A stretch of 64,000 nucleotides of DNA from Novakomyces olei (taxonomy: Eukaryota). Positions within the stretch are counted from its first letter, which is position 1. Each line of letters begins with the position of its first letter. The notes under the pieces are model-generated. The model searched no databases, was not told where the DNA came from, and was given only the letters and a program-made list of their open reading frames with translations. The stretch covers positions 186,001-250,000 of the forward strand of contig JADEYG010000004.1 of the NCBI GenBank assembly GCA_016906335.1, read 5' to 3'. Shown piece by piece: positions 1-14,909 of the stretch. The translations under genes were made by a program, and so were the position numbers.

Positions 1-299
1 AATAAAACTGCTCTGCTCTTGAGACTGGTTAACCGGTCACATATATGTCTGCTTTACACACGACCTCATCGTGATATTGGTTCTGCCTTGGAAGGCGTTT
101 TGTAGACTTATTCCTCTATTCTCTATTGTACCTATTTATGTCTTTAGTTTTTGTTGTTTTTTTTTGTGAATTTTCAATTAGTTTTTTATTTTTTAGTCTT
201 TTAATTTTTAATTTTCGTTTTGTTATCGTTTAATTCTCATTTATTATCGTTTTATTATCGTTTTATTATCGTTTATTGATTGCCGGCCACTAACCTCAG

Positions 300-3200
300 T
301 GTGCACGTGCTTGCTGGCCTTTGTTCCGCAAACAAAAATACGGCCGGATTGTAAACACCGCGTCTCCGAGCGGACTCTATGGATCATTTGGGCAAACAAA
401 CTACTCTGCGGCAAAGCTCGGCATTGTGGCCTTTACCGAGTCTCTGGCAAAAGAAGGTGAAAAGTATAATATCAAGGTCAATGCCATTGCGCCCACTGCA
501 GCTTCACGAATGACGCAGACCGTTTTGCCGGAGGACATGCTTGCCCACCTTTCCCCCAAATGGGTGACACCGCTAGTCGCGGTATTGGCACACGAATCCG
601 TGAATGCCACAGGGGCAGTTTACGAGCTCGGGGCAGGGTTTTTTTCACGAGTGCGTTGGCAAAGAGCACGGGGAGCTCTACTGAAACCGGACGACTCCTT
701 AACAGCAGCGGCAATTTTGGCTCAGTGGCAAAACGTGAATGATTTCACTCAGCCCGAGTACCCCACCGGCCTGGGCCAGACGGATTACTTGGGGATGCTG
801 GAGAAGAGTGCCTCTTTCCCAGCAAACGACCAGGGCACCAGTGGCCCACTGGATTTAGCGGGCAAAGTGGCAATTGTCACAGGCGCTGGTAATGGCCTGG
901 GCCGTGCCTATGCCCACCTCTTTGCTCGACTTGGGGCAAAAGTTGTCGTGAACGATGTAGTGGACCCCTCAGCGGTAGTGGCAGAGATCAAGGCCGGTGG
1001 GGGTACAGCGGTGGGGGACAGACATAGTGTAGCGGAGGGTCATCGTATAGTGCAAACGGCAACGGAAGCCTTTGGCGGCAGTGTGCATGTTCTTGTCAAT
1101 AATGCAGGAATATTGCGAGACAAGTCCTTTGGCAGTATGACTGACGAGCAGTGGCTGGCAATTCAGGCCGTTCATGTTGGTGGCACTTTTAGCTGCACCA
1201 AAGCCGTTTGGCCACTGTTCCTCAAACAGGGCTATGGCCGTATTGTAAACGCTTCCTCTGCCTCTGGTCTCTATGGCAATTTTGGCCAGGTTAATTATGC
1301 CACTGCCAAACTGCAGATCCTTGGATTTACTCAGGCTCTCGCTTTAGAGGGAGCCAAGTATAATATTCGTGTTAATTGTATCGCCCCTAATGCCGGCACA
1401 GCAATGACTCGGACAATAATGCCGGAAGAAATGGTGCAGGCGTTCAAGCCCGAGTATGTGGCGCCTCTCGTAGCATTGCTTGCTCATGAACGTGTGCCGT
1501 GTAATGGACACGTGTTTGAAGTGGGCTCTGGGTTTATCGCCCGGGTCAGGCTACAACGGAGTGGGGGGTACGGGTTCCCGGTGGGGGCCAGTACTGCCAC
1601 GCCGGAGCAGGTCTTTGACAAGTGGGGGGCCATCAACAATTTCGACGATGGACGGGCGTCTACTCCTTCGAGTACGCGAGAGGCGCTCATGGCGCTTTTG
1701 GACAATGCCGAAAGGACAGCAAGTCAGGTAAACCCTAACCCTGGCCATAACCCTAACCCTAACCCTAATAATTCAAACTCTGTGGTGGCCAAAGGCATGT
1801 CGCTCAAGCTGGATACCGAATACTACCAAGTGACGGAACGGGAAGTGCTGTTGTACAATCTTGGCCTCGGTGCGAAACGCACCGATCTGCAGTGGGTCTT
1901 TGAGGCCTCCTCGGGCTTCGAGGCTTTGCCCTCATTTGGTGTAATCCCCCAATGTATACTCCAGCCAAAGATCCCCTATGGAGATTTCCTGCCCAATTTC
2001 AACCCCATGACTCTGTTGCACGGTGAGCAATTTCTGGAGATTGATCATTACCCGCTCCCGACAAGCGGGAAACTCGTTACCGAGCCGCGGATTGTTGAGG
2101 TGCTGGACAAGGGCAAAGCTGCAGCTGTTGTTAATGAAAGCGTGACCCGGGACGAACAAGGGCGAACTGTTTTCCGTAACCAGGGAACAATGTTTATCCG
2201 TGGCTCCGGCGGCTTTGGAGGGCCGAGCAAGGGCGCCGATCGGGGTGATGCTTCTGCCGCAAACCCTGTGCCGAAACGCGATCCCGATACTGTTGTGCAG
2301 GAGAAAACGAGTCCTGAACAGGCGGCCATTTACCGATTATCGGGCGACTATAATCCTTTGCGTAAGTTGAGAGAGGGACAAGCACAACGATTCCAACGAT
2401 TTATTTTAATTCTATTAATTTCGGCACTAATAAATATTAATTAATTTAAACCAATATCAATATTTTGTTTTAATTTTATTTTGAACCGGAATTTCCTTCA
2501 TTGTTTGTGTTATGTTTTGATACTAATTCCAGATATCGATCCGAGCTGGAAAGTGTTTGATGAACCTATTCTACACGGACTCTGCTCGTTTGGTATTTCC
2601 GTCAAACACATATATTCGAAATACGGCCGTATTCGTAACATGAAGGCGAGATTTTCCGGCCATGTTTTCCCGGGCGAGACCTTGAAGGCAAGTTGAAACT
2701 TTATAATGATTGATTATCATTGATTGATATTTTTTGATATTTAATTATTAATTATTTATTTTTTAATTATTTATTTTTTAATTATCTATTTTTTAATAAT
2801 TTATTTTTTAATAATTTGTCTTTTTTTTTTCATTTATTTATCGTCCAGTTAATACTAATAACAGACTGAAATGTGGAAAGAAGGAGACCGTATTGTTTTT
2901 CAGACACGCGTAGTCGAACGGGACAGTATCGTAATTTCCGCTGCCGCAGTTCGGCTTTGGACGGAGGATAAAACCTCCACACAAAAAGCGGACAAGCAAG
3001 GCTCGGACGCTGATGGAAATGTCAATGTTCCCGGCTTTGAGACGTCTAAAATTATGGTTGCAGCTCAAAAGACATTAGCGTCTTTGCCAGCGGCTGAACG
3101 ACAAAAACGGCTCAAACGTGCTCGTGGAGTTTTCCAGTTTGATGTGACTGCTTCGCTTGACGGCAAAAGGACTACTCAGTCGTGGACAGTTGAAGCAAGT

Positions 3201-3410
3201 AAGCAGGGTCGTGTCTTTTTGGGATCTGCGGCCGATGCTGGACTGCGGCCTGATTGTACTCTTGTAATTGACGACGACAAGCTCGTAGCTATTGCCACAG
3301 GCCGTGCAAACCCTCAACGGATGTTTATGCAGGGCCAGTACAAAGTCCGTGGCAATTTAATGAAGAGTCAGGTTATCCCTGAACTTTTAGGTGATAAAGC
3401 AAAGATTTGA
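300..3410 (+). CDS. FOX2: Peroxisomal multifunctional beta-oxidation enzyme (2x SDR dehydrogenase + hydratase-2 + SCP2), 5' part outside the window; exons 300-2361, 2533-2687, 2865-3410
   Basis: End of dehydrogenase A ([18 protein letters not shown]), full dehydrogenase B ([22 protein letters not shown]) and hydratase motif [14 protein letters not shown]...PILHGLC. Splicing restores FPGETLK|TEMWKEG. SCP2-like tail ends in PTS1-like AKI. Confidence 0.95.
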
Positions 3411-3802
3411 GCTCAGGCGGGGGTTTTATGCCAGAATGGTTTGTTTTCTGGCTACGTACAATAAACCCTAATCCAGATTTGCTGGCTGCCTTTTAAAGAG
3501 CCGTCAACTCTGTGATTATTTATCTATTTATCTGTTTAGTTTTTTTTTCTTTGGCTATGAGATAGTATTCGCTATATGGAAAGTTTGTATATTTGATATA
3601 CATCTAAGTTGAGTCTTATGCATATGTATCATGACGAGTCTTACTGCACCATTGAACTGTAATCAAAGTCCCAACCCGACTGAACTTAAACCATTAACAT
3701 AGGCAGCAATTATGTTCGTATACTCACAATAAAGTTTAAAGTACCCCCACTTTACACCTTTGAACTGGAAGAGGTTAATAGCACCTTGTGGCACCTATTT
3801 TT

Positions 3803-3898
<96 letters not shown>
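3803..3898. repeat. (TAA)n microsatellite between convergent FOX2 and creA
   Basis: Perfect TAA run read directly. Confidence 0.95.
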
Positions 3899-4355
3899 TA
3901 ATTATGTGCTGCTTAATATTTTTAGTGTCTATCGCATTCATCAATCTGATTAAATGCGAAGAATACTTTTAGTTCCCGACTCGTAACGTCGCAGTGCGTA
4001 CACTGCACCGACATCTTAGCCATACGTCATTATACTTGTACAAACACTTATCCACAACAATGTTATTCTGATAAATCCAACATCACGCAAATTAGCTGCT
4101 AATCGCCATTGCTGGTACAGCCGAAATATGCTAATAAAACTCCTGAAAAAGAAATAATGAATTGAAAAAATTAAAAAACGATTAAATTAATAATTAATTG
4201 AATAATTAAACAATTCATAAATAAATTAAAACAAGTCTTGATGATAAAACACATTAGATCCAGATCAATGGATAAAATCATAAAGACAAGACAAATGTCA
4301 AAATTAGCACGCCGCAAGCCTTAATCATAATACTAGTCAAACATGTGGGTAAACG

Positions 4356-7118
<2,763 letters not shown>

Positions 7119-7186
7119 TTAAAAAGGCGTAATTATGGGGTTAGAAGTGTACATAGCCAATATTACTTGTAGCGGCATCCAATCAT

Positions 7187-7200
7187 CCGGAGGTGCGGGG
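7187..7200. promoter_or_regulatory. Two adjacent SYGGRG (CreA/Mig1-type) motifs upstream of creA
   Basis: CCGGAG 7187-7192 and GCGGGG 7195-7200. Confidence 0.4.
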
Positions 7201-7619
7201 TGGCACGTATACTAAATATATATTATATTAATTATACCATGGAAGTTTTGGACAAGCAATGCTGTGTGCCACACGGATATTTCAGAATTATATATATAGT
7301 ACGGGCGAGTATTCGAGGCTGCGGTTCGTCTTTGATACACAATTACCCTCGTCTCAGCCCGAACACTAGACTGCTTTTAAAGTGGGAAAACCCGTCTCCA
7401 AATTAACTTGATCTATAGATTTGATAGATATCGTGATCTACATATACACTCTACATCTCCCATTACATAGTATGATTTTAAGGGCAGCATCTTGATTACG
7501 GATCCTCTATTAATGAACGGTTATTAACGAACCTTTACTAGTGAACCTTTGCTAGTGAGCCTTTGCTAGTGAACCTTTTACTACCAACTTCCATCCCAAT
7601 ACTTGCTCGTTACTGCCTT

Positions 7620-8962
7620 TTAATCCCGGCTTTTGCTAAACTCGCACCGCATAATAAGATTATCGAACCCAAAGCCATCCATCTTTGCGCGCGCCAGGTC
7701 AGCGGACCCACGATCGTAAAAGCTAACAAACGCGAACCCCTTGGCCAAATTTGTTTCACGATCTTTGGCAAGATAGATGCGCTGGATACCACCAAAGCGT
7801 CGGAACAGCTCTCTCAAATCGTCTTCAGTTACAAACTCTGAAAGATTGGTAACACGCAAAGTCGCCTCGTCATTACGCTCACGCCTCAACATATCGCTTG
7901 ATGCTCCAGCACTGAAAGAACTGGGCGAACCGCCCATACCTGCTCGGCCAAGACCGCGCAAGTGAGGCGGCATGTAGCGCCCAGATGCAGTAGCAGCTGC
8001 CGCGGCAGCTGCTGCTGCACTGTCTTGCACTGGAGTACCAGCACGTCCGCCAGCGACTGGAGAATCAGCTCCAGATCCTGGGTTCTGGAGCTCATCCAAC
8101 GCTCCAAGCGTATCCTTGTACGGACACCGGGATGTCCAATGCTCACCACCGCAAGAACGGCATCGAATCGTGGAAGTTTTTTGTTTATCTCTCAGCACGC
8201 TCTTTGGTGTCTCCTCCTCCTCTTGCTGATTCTGCACCGGATTAGTAAGGGAAATGAAAGGCAGGGAATAACGAAAATAAGAAAATAAAAACTAGGAAAA
8301 TAAAAACTAGGAAAATAAAAACTAGGAAAATAAAAACTAGGAAAATAAAAACTAGGAAAATAAAAACTAGGATAGATAGTAGATGAATACTTTGGAAAAA
8401 GCAGCGGTAGACAAAGAAAGTGCCGCAAAAAACCACAGAGGCAAGCAATAGTAAATAGTATGGGGCAAAGTACAACGCCGGCACTCTCATCCCAACAATA
8501 TCGATACAAAATCAAAGCACATAAGTCATGAGAGCCATATAACTTACAGGGTTAAATCCAAACTGAAGCCGCAGAGGTACGTCTTCTCCGACAGTGGTTG
8601 TACGCACATCCGGTCCTGGCCGGCTGTTTCGCTCGGCACCAAACTTTTGCCAGCGTTTGCGCTCAGCGACGGCATGGTTCACCTTTTCGCGCTTCAAAAT
8701 CACGCGTATTTTTCGCACTACTTTGACCTTTTTCCCATCCTCCACACGGTACTCAACTACAGTCTTTATTCCATCTGGACCCTGTGTAATCTGCTGAGCG
8801 GGCAATCCGTTTTCTGCGTCGTGTTAGCCTCGATTTAGATCTCTGTCGCTTCAGTACCATATTCTTCATCAGCCCAGTCGCTGCGAGAATTAACCCTACG
8901 TTTAGAGTTAGCATTTTCAACCGAGCGCCATGAGCAAAGACTCACTGTGTATCGACCGCCAT
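7620..8962 (-). CDS. TIF35: Translation initiation factor eIF3 subunit G, multi-exon
   Basis: SDWADEE N-terminus, VAERKRWQKFG, zinc knuckle CRSCGGEHWTSRCPY and C-terminal RRM (TLRVTNLSE..AKGFAFVSF). ATG GCG GTC GAT ACA CA|GTGAGT at 8962. Confidence 0.95.
8281..8370. repeat. 15-bp tandem repeat (GAAAATAAAAACTAG) x6 in a TIF35 intron
   Basis: Read directly. Confidence 0.9.
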
Positions 8963-9089
8963 CGTTTCTAGTGCACTTTTAAGCGCACAAGACCAGCTGC
9001 CGCGTCGAAAAATTCTTTCCGAAGTGTGGTATTTGCTTTATACTATAAAACGTGCGTATAATACTGCGTTCTCTGTGTATATTATTCGT

Positions 9090-9478
9090 TTATATAAAAT
9101 TATATAAAATTATAAAATTATATAAAATTATATAAAATTATATAAAACTATGTTGACATTTTATTAACATTCATGTAAAAGTTACATTAATAATTTATAA
9201 TTTATATGAATAATTTGAATAATTTCATGAATATATTTATATATTTATATATTTATATATTTATATATTTATATATTTATATATTTATATATTTATATAT
9301 TTATATATTTATATATTTATATATTTATATATTTATATATTTATATATTTATATATTTATATATTTATATATTTATATATTTATATATTATATATTTATT
9401 ATATTTATTATATTTATTATATTTATTATATTTATATATTTATATATTTATATATATATTTATAATATATATTATATA
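9090..9478. repeat. AT-only repeats (TATAAAATTA)n and (ATATTTAT)n in the TIF35/rhomboid divergent intergenic region
   Basis: Read directly. Confidence 0.9.
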
Positions 9479-9525
9479 GATTCCATTTCATCATTGTGCA
9501 GGCTGGGCAAAGTTTCCACGGGTCG

Positions 9526-10704
9526 ATGTGGCACCTTTGGGCCCACAGTTGGCCTTTTATACGGAAGCATTCGGCAAAGCTGCCCAACGCAATCGCACTT
9601 CGGCAAAAGCCGGGAGCGTGCAATTCCTCCGGGTTCCGCCGATTCTATTCTGCACGCTTAAAAGCAGACGCCCGTGGCCGTCAGAGCAGTGGCGGCAACA
9701 CTGCTCGGTCGCTGGTGGCGCTGCTTTGGATAGCGAACGGTGCCGTCTTTTACGAATGGCACAGGGCCAAATCGGCACTGTACGTCTCCCGCGACAGAGC
9801 GCCCTGTGATTGGCTGCTCCAGAATTTTACGTGCTCGTGGCGGACGGTTGTAGACTGCTCTCAATGGTGGTGCCTTGTGACGCCCGTTTTTAGCCACGAA
9901 AACGTGTGGCATTTGGCCGCGAATACAATAAGTGGCAGTGTGCTGCTGCGGGCGCTCGTGCCTCTGATTGGCGGATCCGCTACAGTAGCGGTATTCGCGT
10001 TTGGTGGTATTGGAGGCAATTTAGTATGGCTCTTGGCTAACGCGCCGCCGGCGCTTGAGCTGTCGACGCGTGACGCGTTACGCGCCATAGTGGGCGCAAC
10101 GCGTTCCAGCCTCGAGTTTTCCCTGACCCAGTTGGCGGCCAGAGTGTCTGGGTCCAGTGGCCCCCACCGTCCGGCCCCCACTGCCCCCACTACCCCCACT
10201 GCCCCCACTGCCCCCACTTTACCCCCACTTCTACCGGCCCCCACCAAGGGAGAAGGCTTGTCTGTCTGGCCCCCGTCTATACTCCTGCCGAGCGCGGATA
10301 GGCTGTTTGCTCGGGAGCGGGAGCAGTTTGCTCCAGTGCCCTATTTCACAAGGGAGGGCCACTTTGCTATTGGCTACTCCGGCAGCCGGTCCGCACGGGA
10401 CCAAATGGCTCCTCCACGGTTATTGCTCGGCGGTTCAGCGGCAGTTTATGCTCTTTTCTCTGCTTTTGCAGTTACAGTGCCTCGCGCACAAATGCTGGCT
10501 TTTTTTGTCTTTCCAGTCCGGGCTGGGCCGTTGCTCGTTTTGAGCGTACTGTTTGACTCGTTCATGTGGATCTCCGGATTGGAGCAGGGACACAGTATTT
10601 TTGCTCACTCTGCACACGTGGGCGGCCAGGCAACGGGGATTGCTGCGGGACTGGCCGCTCGGTACTTTGCCGCAAGGTCAATCGCTTCCCGTGGATTTCG
10701 GTGA
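9526..10704 (+). CDS. Rhomboid-family intramembrane serine protease (Pcp1/PARL-like, probably mitochondrial)
   Basis: LVTPVFSHENVWHLAANTI (H..H...N motif), catalytic-type LLGGSAAVY and AHSAHVGG; Arg-rich presequence-like N-terminus. Confidence 0.8.
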   Translation: MWHLWAHSWPFIRKHSAKLPNAIALRQKPGACNSSGFRRFYSARLKADARGRQSSGGNTARSLVALLWIANGAVFYEWHRAKSALYVSRDRAPCDWLLQNFTCSWRTVVDCSQWWCLVTPVFSHENVWHLAANTISGSVLLRALVPLIGGSATVAVFAFGGIGGNLVWLLANAPPALELSTRDALRAIVGATRSSLEFSLTQLAARVSGSSGPHRPAPTAPTTPTAPTAPTLPPLLPAPTKGEGLSVWPPSILLPSADRLFAREREQFAPVPYFTREGHFAIGYSGSRSARDQMAPPRLLLGGSAAVYALFSAFAVTVPRAQMLAFFVFPVRAGPLLVLSVLFDSFMWISGLEQGHSIFAHSAHVGGQATGIAAGLAARYFAARSIASRGFR

Positions 10705-10867
10705 ATGTTAATATATAGGCAAAGCTGGCTAATTGGCAAGAATTCAGTCCGGTTTATTGGCCAATACTGGCTGCAATGCAATCGCTATTGCTGCTGGATT
10801 TGTATATATCATTGTACATAGTGTATAATAATGGACAATACTGAAGATTGATGAATGGCTTTTGATA

Positions 10868-11003
10868 ATAATTAATTCATTAATTAATTTATTAATTAAT
10901 TAATTATTAATTATTAATTATTAATTATCAATTATTAATTATTAATTATTAATTATTAATTATTAATTATTAATTATTAATTATTAATTATCAATTATCA
11001 ATC
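10868..11003. repeat. (TTAATTA)n AT-only repeat
   Basis: Read directly. Confidence 0.85.
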
Positions 11004-11365
11004 AAAAGCCAATTAATTGGAGATGGGTCTAAACAGAGCAAGCTGAATACGGCAAAGCAAGCTGAATACGGCAGCAGTGCAATTCGTCTATTGCCATGAC
11101 TCCACAAACGATACTACAATACTTGCGCACAGAGTAATTAAAAACCAATTTCATTACCTATGTACTAGGATGAGTGTCCGTCTCTGAATACAGTACTAGC
11201 AAAGCAACCGGAGAAGAGACGGATAATCCATGAGTGAATAACAGTAAAATAACACAAGGCTGGCTGAATAGTAAGGGCGCGTAGCCCACCAGCTCAAGAT
11301 GATGATGAAAAGATCAGTCCATCATCAATCGAATAAGCATCAATCAACAGACCTGTCAGCCAAAC

Positions 11366-13861
11366 CTAACTGTAGGCAGTATTGATTTCGTTCTGGTACG
11401 TGGCCTGAATCTTTTTACGCTGCAGCTTTTGAGCACTGGTCACAAGCCCGTTTTCGGGTGTAAACTCCTCCGGACAGAGCACGACTCCCTGGACAAGTTC
11501 AATGTTCTGGAATCCGTTTTGCCGGCCGAGTGTCACGAGCTCACGGGTGACTTCTCGGCACAAGCGCGTATCGTGGCAGAGAGCATCCCAGCTCATCGTA
11601 TCCGCGTCCTTCCAGCCTCGCTCTTTGGCGAGTCGCCTCAGTGCCGGCTCATTTGGCACAATAATAGCGATCGGCTTAGCCTTTTCCTGGTCGCAGTACA
11701 CACACACATTGGCCACTAGCGAGTTCATTCTGTAGATTGACTCTAGTTTTTCCAGAGCAATATACTCGCCATTAAGTGTCTTGACCAGATTCTTTTTACG
11801 GTCAATTATACGCAGTTGGCCATTAGGCAGCCATTCACCAATATCCCCAGTCTTGAACCAGCCTTCCTCAAAGGCCTCCTCGTTTTCCTTGGGCAGGTCC
11901 AAGTACCCAGACGTAATGCTTTCCCCACGCATCCAAATCTCACCCTGACTGGGGCCACCGTCACGCGGCTTTGCATAGTAGCCGGCATCAGGGACATCAA
12001 CAAACATCATTTCCAGTGCCGGAACAGGCGCTCCAATCGTGTTTTTCACATACTGACTAGGCGCAGTAATTGTACCAGAGGCACAGGTCTCTGTCAGCCC
12101 GTACCCGACCAGCATAGGGCAGATAACGTTCGTGACAAAGTCGCGAGTGGCCTCGGCCAGTGGAGCTCCACCGTTCAACACGTACCTGAGCCGTCCACCA
12201 GTGGCAGTTTTAACCTTTTCAAACACAACTCGGTCGATTATGCCGCCCCCGGGTAAGTGCCACGAGTTGAGCTGCAGTTTAGTATGGAAAGCAGTCCAAA
12301 ACATCTTTTGCTTGAAGCTCGACATGTCTCCGACTTTGGCAATAATGCCTTTACGCAGATTTTCCCAGACTGCTGGCACACCGACCATAATCGTCGGCCT
12401 CAGCTCTGTAATATCGCCTTTGCAGTGACGAACACTCGTATCCGTCAGCGTTTTGATTGTAGCGTAGCCCAAACTGCCGCCCCAGAAAAGTGCTAGCAGC
12501 TCAAAGACAAACTCGAGAATATGCGCGAGTGGGAGAAAGCAAATCATACAATCATCTGCTGTAGCTGCTTTTTCAAGGCACCCATCGATTCCGCCTACTG
12601 CGGCAATAACGTTCTTGTGTGTAATGACGACACCTTTCGGTGGACCGGTGCTGCCACTAGTATACATTATACAACAAAGATCCTCAGCCGTTGGCGGTAC
12701 TGGATCAAAATGCTCGGCTTTGCCTTTGGCCAGTATGTCCTCGTACGAAAAGACATCGACTGACGGGTGAGCTGCACGGAACTTGGCCATGTGCTCTTCC
12801 GATACTGGGCCATTATGGATTACGATTCTGACACTCGTTTCATTCTGCAGAGGTCGCGTTAGCGTATGTAGAAGATCGCCGTCTGTAAAAACGGCATTCG
12901 CGTTTGTTTGCTTGAGCGAGTGCGTCAATCCTTCCTCGCCGAGTGTATCGTACGCCGTCACGATAGGAATAGATTGCGACGAGGCAGCCAGGGCAGAAAT
13001 CATCCATTTGTCACTGTCGTCAGCAATGTAAGGTTGAGACTGAGAACGGGTACAATAAAGAACAATAAAAGAAAGAAAGAGAGAAAGAAAGAAAGAGAGA
13101 AAGATAAAAGGAAGGCCAAGCGTATAGACGGAGATGAGAACTCGATGAATCGGGACAGATATTAAAATGTAAATAAAGCAGGGTAAAGAGAAAAAAAAAA
13201 CACAAGACGCCCAAACCCTTTGGCGCAAATATCGGAGCAATAGACAGCGTGATAAACACGAGGCAGTCGGCAATAAAAAATTAAAGCAAAGCAGCAAACT
13301 ATGAACGCGATCTCAATGCTTACCTAGTCTTGGCGTATATTTGCAAGCGCTCAGGCGCTTCAAGTCCAATGGCGCGGAGACCGCTCGCGTACGTTTCCAC
13401 CATCGTCTCGAGTTCGCTGTACGTGATAAAGTTGTAAGGACCGAGCTCAAAGTACGTCCAATCCTTCTTATACTTCTCCTCCTTGCCGTCGACTGTGCGT
13501 GAGAGTTCACGTGTTTCCGTATGTTTATTCAGCAATTTACGAGAGCCGAGCGACAATCGAGGCCCGTGGTGCCGAGACGAGTAGCGGATAAGGTCCCACA
13601 CTGTGTGAATCGACGGATCGGGGCTCGTGAAAAGGCCGTTCTTGGCGAGGACATTGCGACGGATGGGTCCTCTGTTGTTTGCGGCAGAGCCTTCCACCTC
13701 TGGAGAGAAAGGTTAACACTTGAAAACGATAATATTTCTAGTATTTTCCAGACACGCAGGCAGCAGAAGATCAACCCTGGCAGCTGGTCAACTCTGGCGG
13801 GTTGGGATTGCTATCGCGCAGCCCTCTCGTTCCAATACTTACCATAACTAAACTTTGCCAT
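11366..13861 (-). CDS. FAA1: Long-chain fatty acyl-CoA synthetase, 3 exons
   Basis: IMYTSGSTGPPKGV, FLPLAHILE, VGYGLTET, GWFKTGDIG, IIDRKKNLVKTLNGEYIALEKLES. ATG GCA AAG TTT AGT TAT G|GTAAGT at 13861. Confidence 0.93.
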
Positions 13862-14150
13862 TTCGGCCTTTGGCAAGAGGTAACCCGGCAAAAGAGATAC
13901 TAGAAAAAATAATAAAATTCGACGAGTAAACTATCAGAGCTGCAGCTGCTTCCTTTGGCAAAAGCAAACAACAGCTCAGTACTCGCGGCCAAATGAACTG
14001 GCAAATAGATAGTTTTCTTTATGGAATAAGCCGCAAAAACCTGTTACGTACGACTTTATAATTGAGGAGTCATAAACAAATGACAGAATAGTGCATACTG
14101 GATTTTGCATTACGTAGGGGCGAGAAGGAAATACGCCGTAGTCTTTAAAC

Positions 14151-14183
14151 TACGTAATAAGTCGGGTACCGACTTATTATGTA
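14151..14183. promoter_or_regulatory. 15-bp inverted repeat around a CGG-N3-CCG core upstream of FAA1
   Basis: TACGTAATAAGTCGG-GTA-CCGACTTATTATGTA (one mismatch). Confidence 0.45.
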
Positions 14184-14909
14184 ACCACAAATATACTTAT
14201 TTGCGGCCACATGTACTTGTAGAGCCTATAAGCGTAGAGCAAAGTGGCAAGCGTAGTATGGATTTTGCTGGTTGTTGAGGCAAAAGATGCTTGAGGTCGC
14301 GCCGTCATTTGCAATTGTATCGTAGCAGTAACGAAACAGTACTGACCAACAGTACTTATGGAAAGTAATATTGGAATAGTACTGATAAAATCAGTACTAA
14401 TGACCGTATTGGATACACAAAACGGGCTCTTTTGAATTGACTGTAAGACAAAAGGATGCTTGTCCGAATTGTTTTAATTGTTGTAATTGTCCATCAGACT
14501 TTACCGAGTACACGCGGACAGTAGTCAGACCCTTTTGTACTCTTAAATTGGTGCGTGAGTAGACTCTGTGGCGTGCGTCTCATTTTGTGTGCGACACGTT
14601 GTCAATGTGCTATGCCTACAATGGTTGAATACTATAGGCCAAAGTTGCTCTGCCGTGTTTGGCCATGACAGGTTCGCACGACTGCAACACATCCATCACT
14701 TTACGCTACGCAAATCGAAATTGCCAGGCACATTTTTCTGCACAAGTCGATCATAAAGTATAATAGTATTTCTCGAGACAAGTAAACTATAGACAAATCA
14801 GAGCGCAAAAGGATCCTTGTTTCAATACTAAACAACTATTATTGGCACCAGATCGGCAAGCCGGTCTAGAGCCAAAAGCCCTGCCCGTCCTGTCCGCCTG
14901 GACGATGCA

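Noticed and set aside
1..299. Possible snoRNA in the FOX2 intron at the window start
   Set aside because: There are small hairpins but no convincing C/D or H/ACA box set, and the intron is truncated.
9206..9661. ORFs made of IYLYIY, poly-N, poly-L, poly-I or FYYFIILL (also near 38000, 44230, 55580-56220)
   Set aside because: These are translations of microsatellites, not genes.
11280..11368. Stop-codon readthrough creating a cryptic PTS1 (checked FAA1, URA3, POS5, hydrolase and others)
   Set aside because: I found no TGA-CTA context, and the extensions I translated (FAA1, hydrolase) have no SKL-like end.
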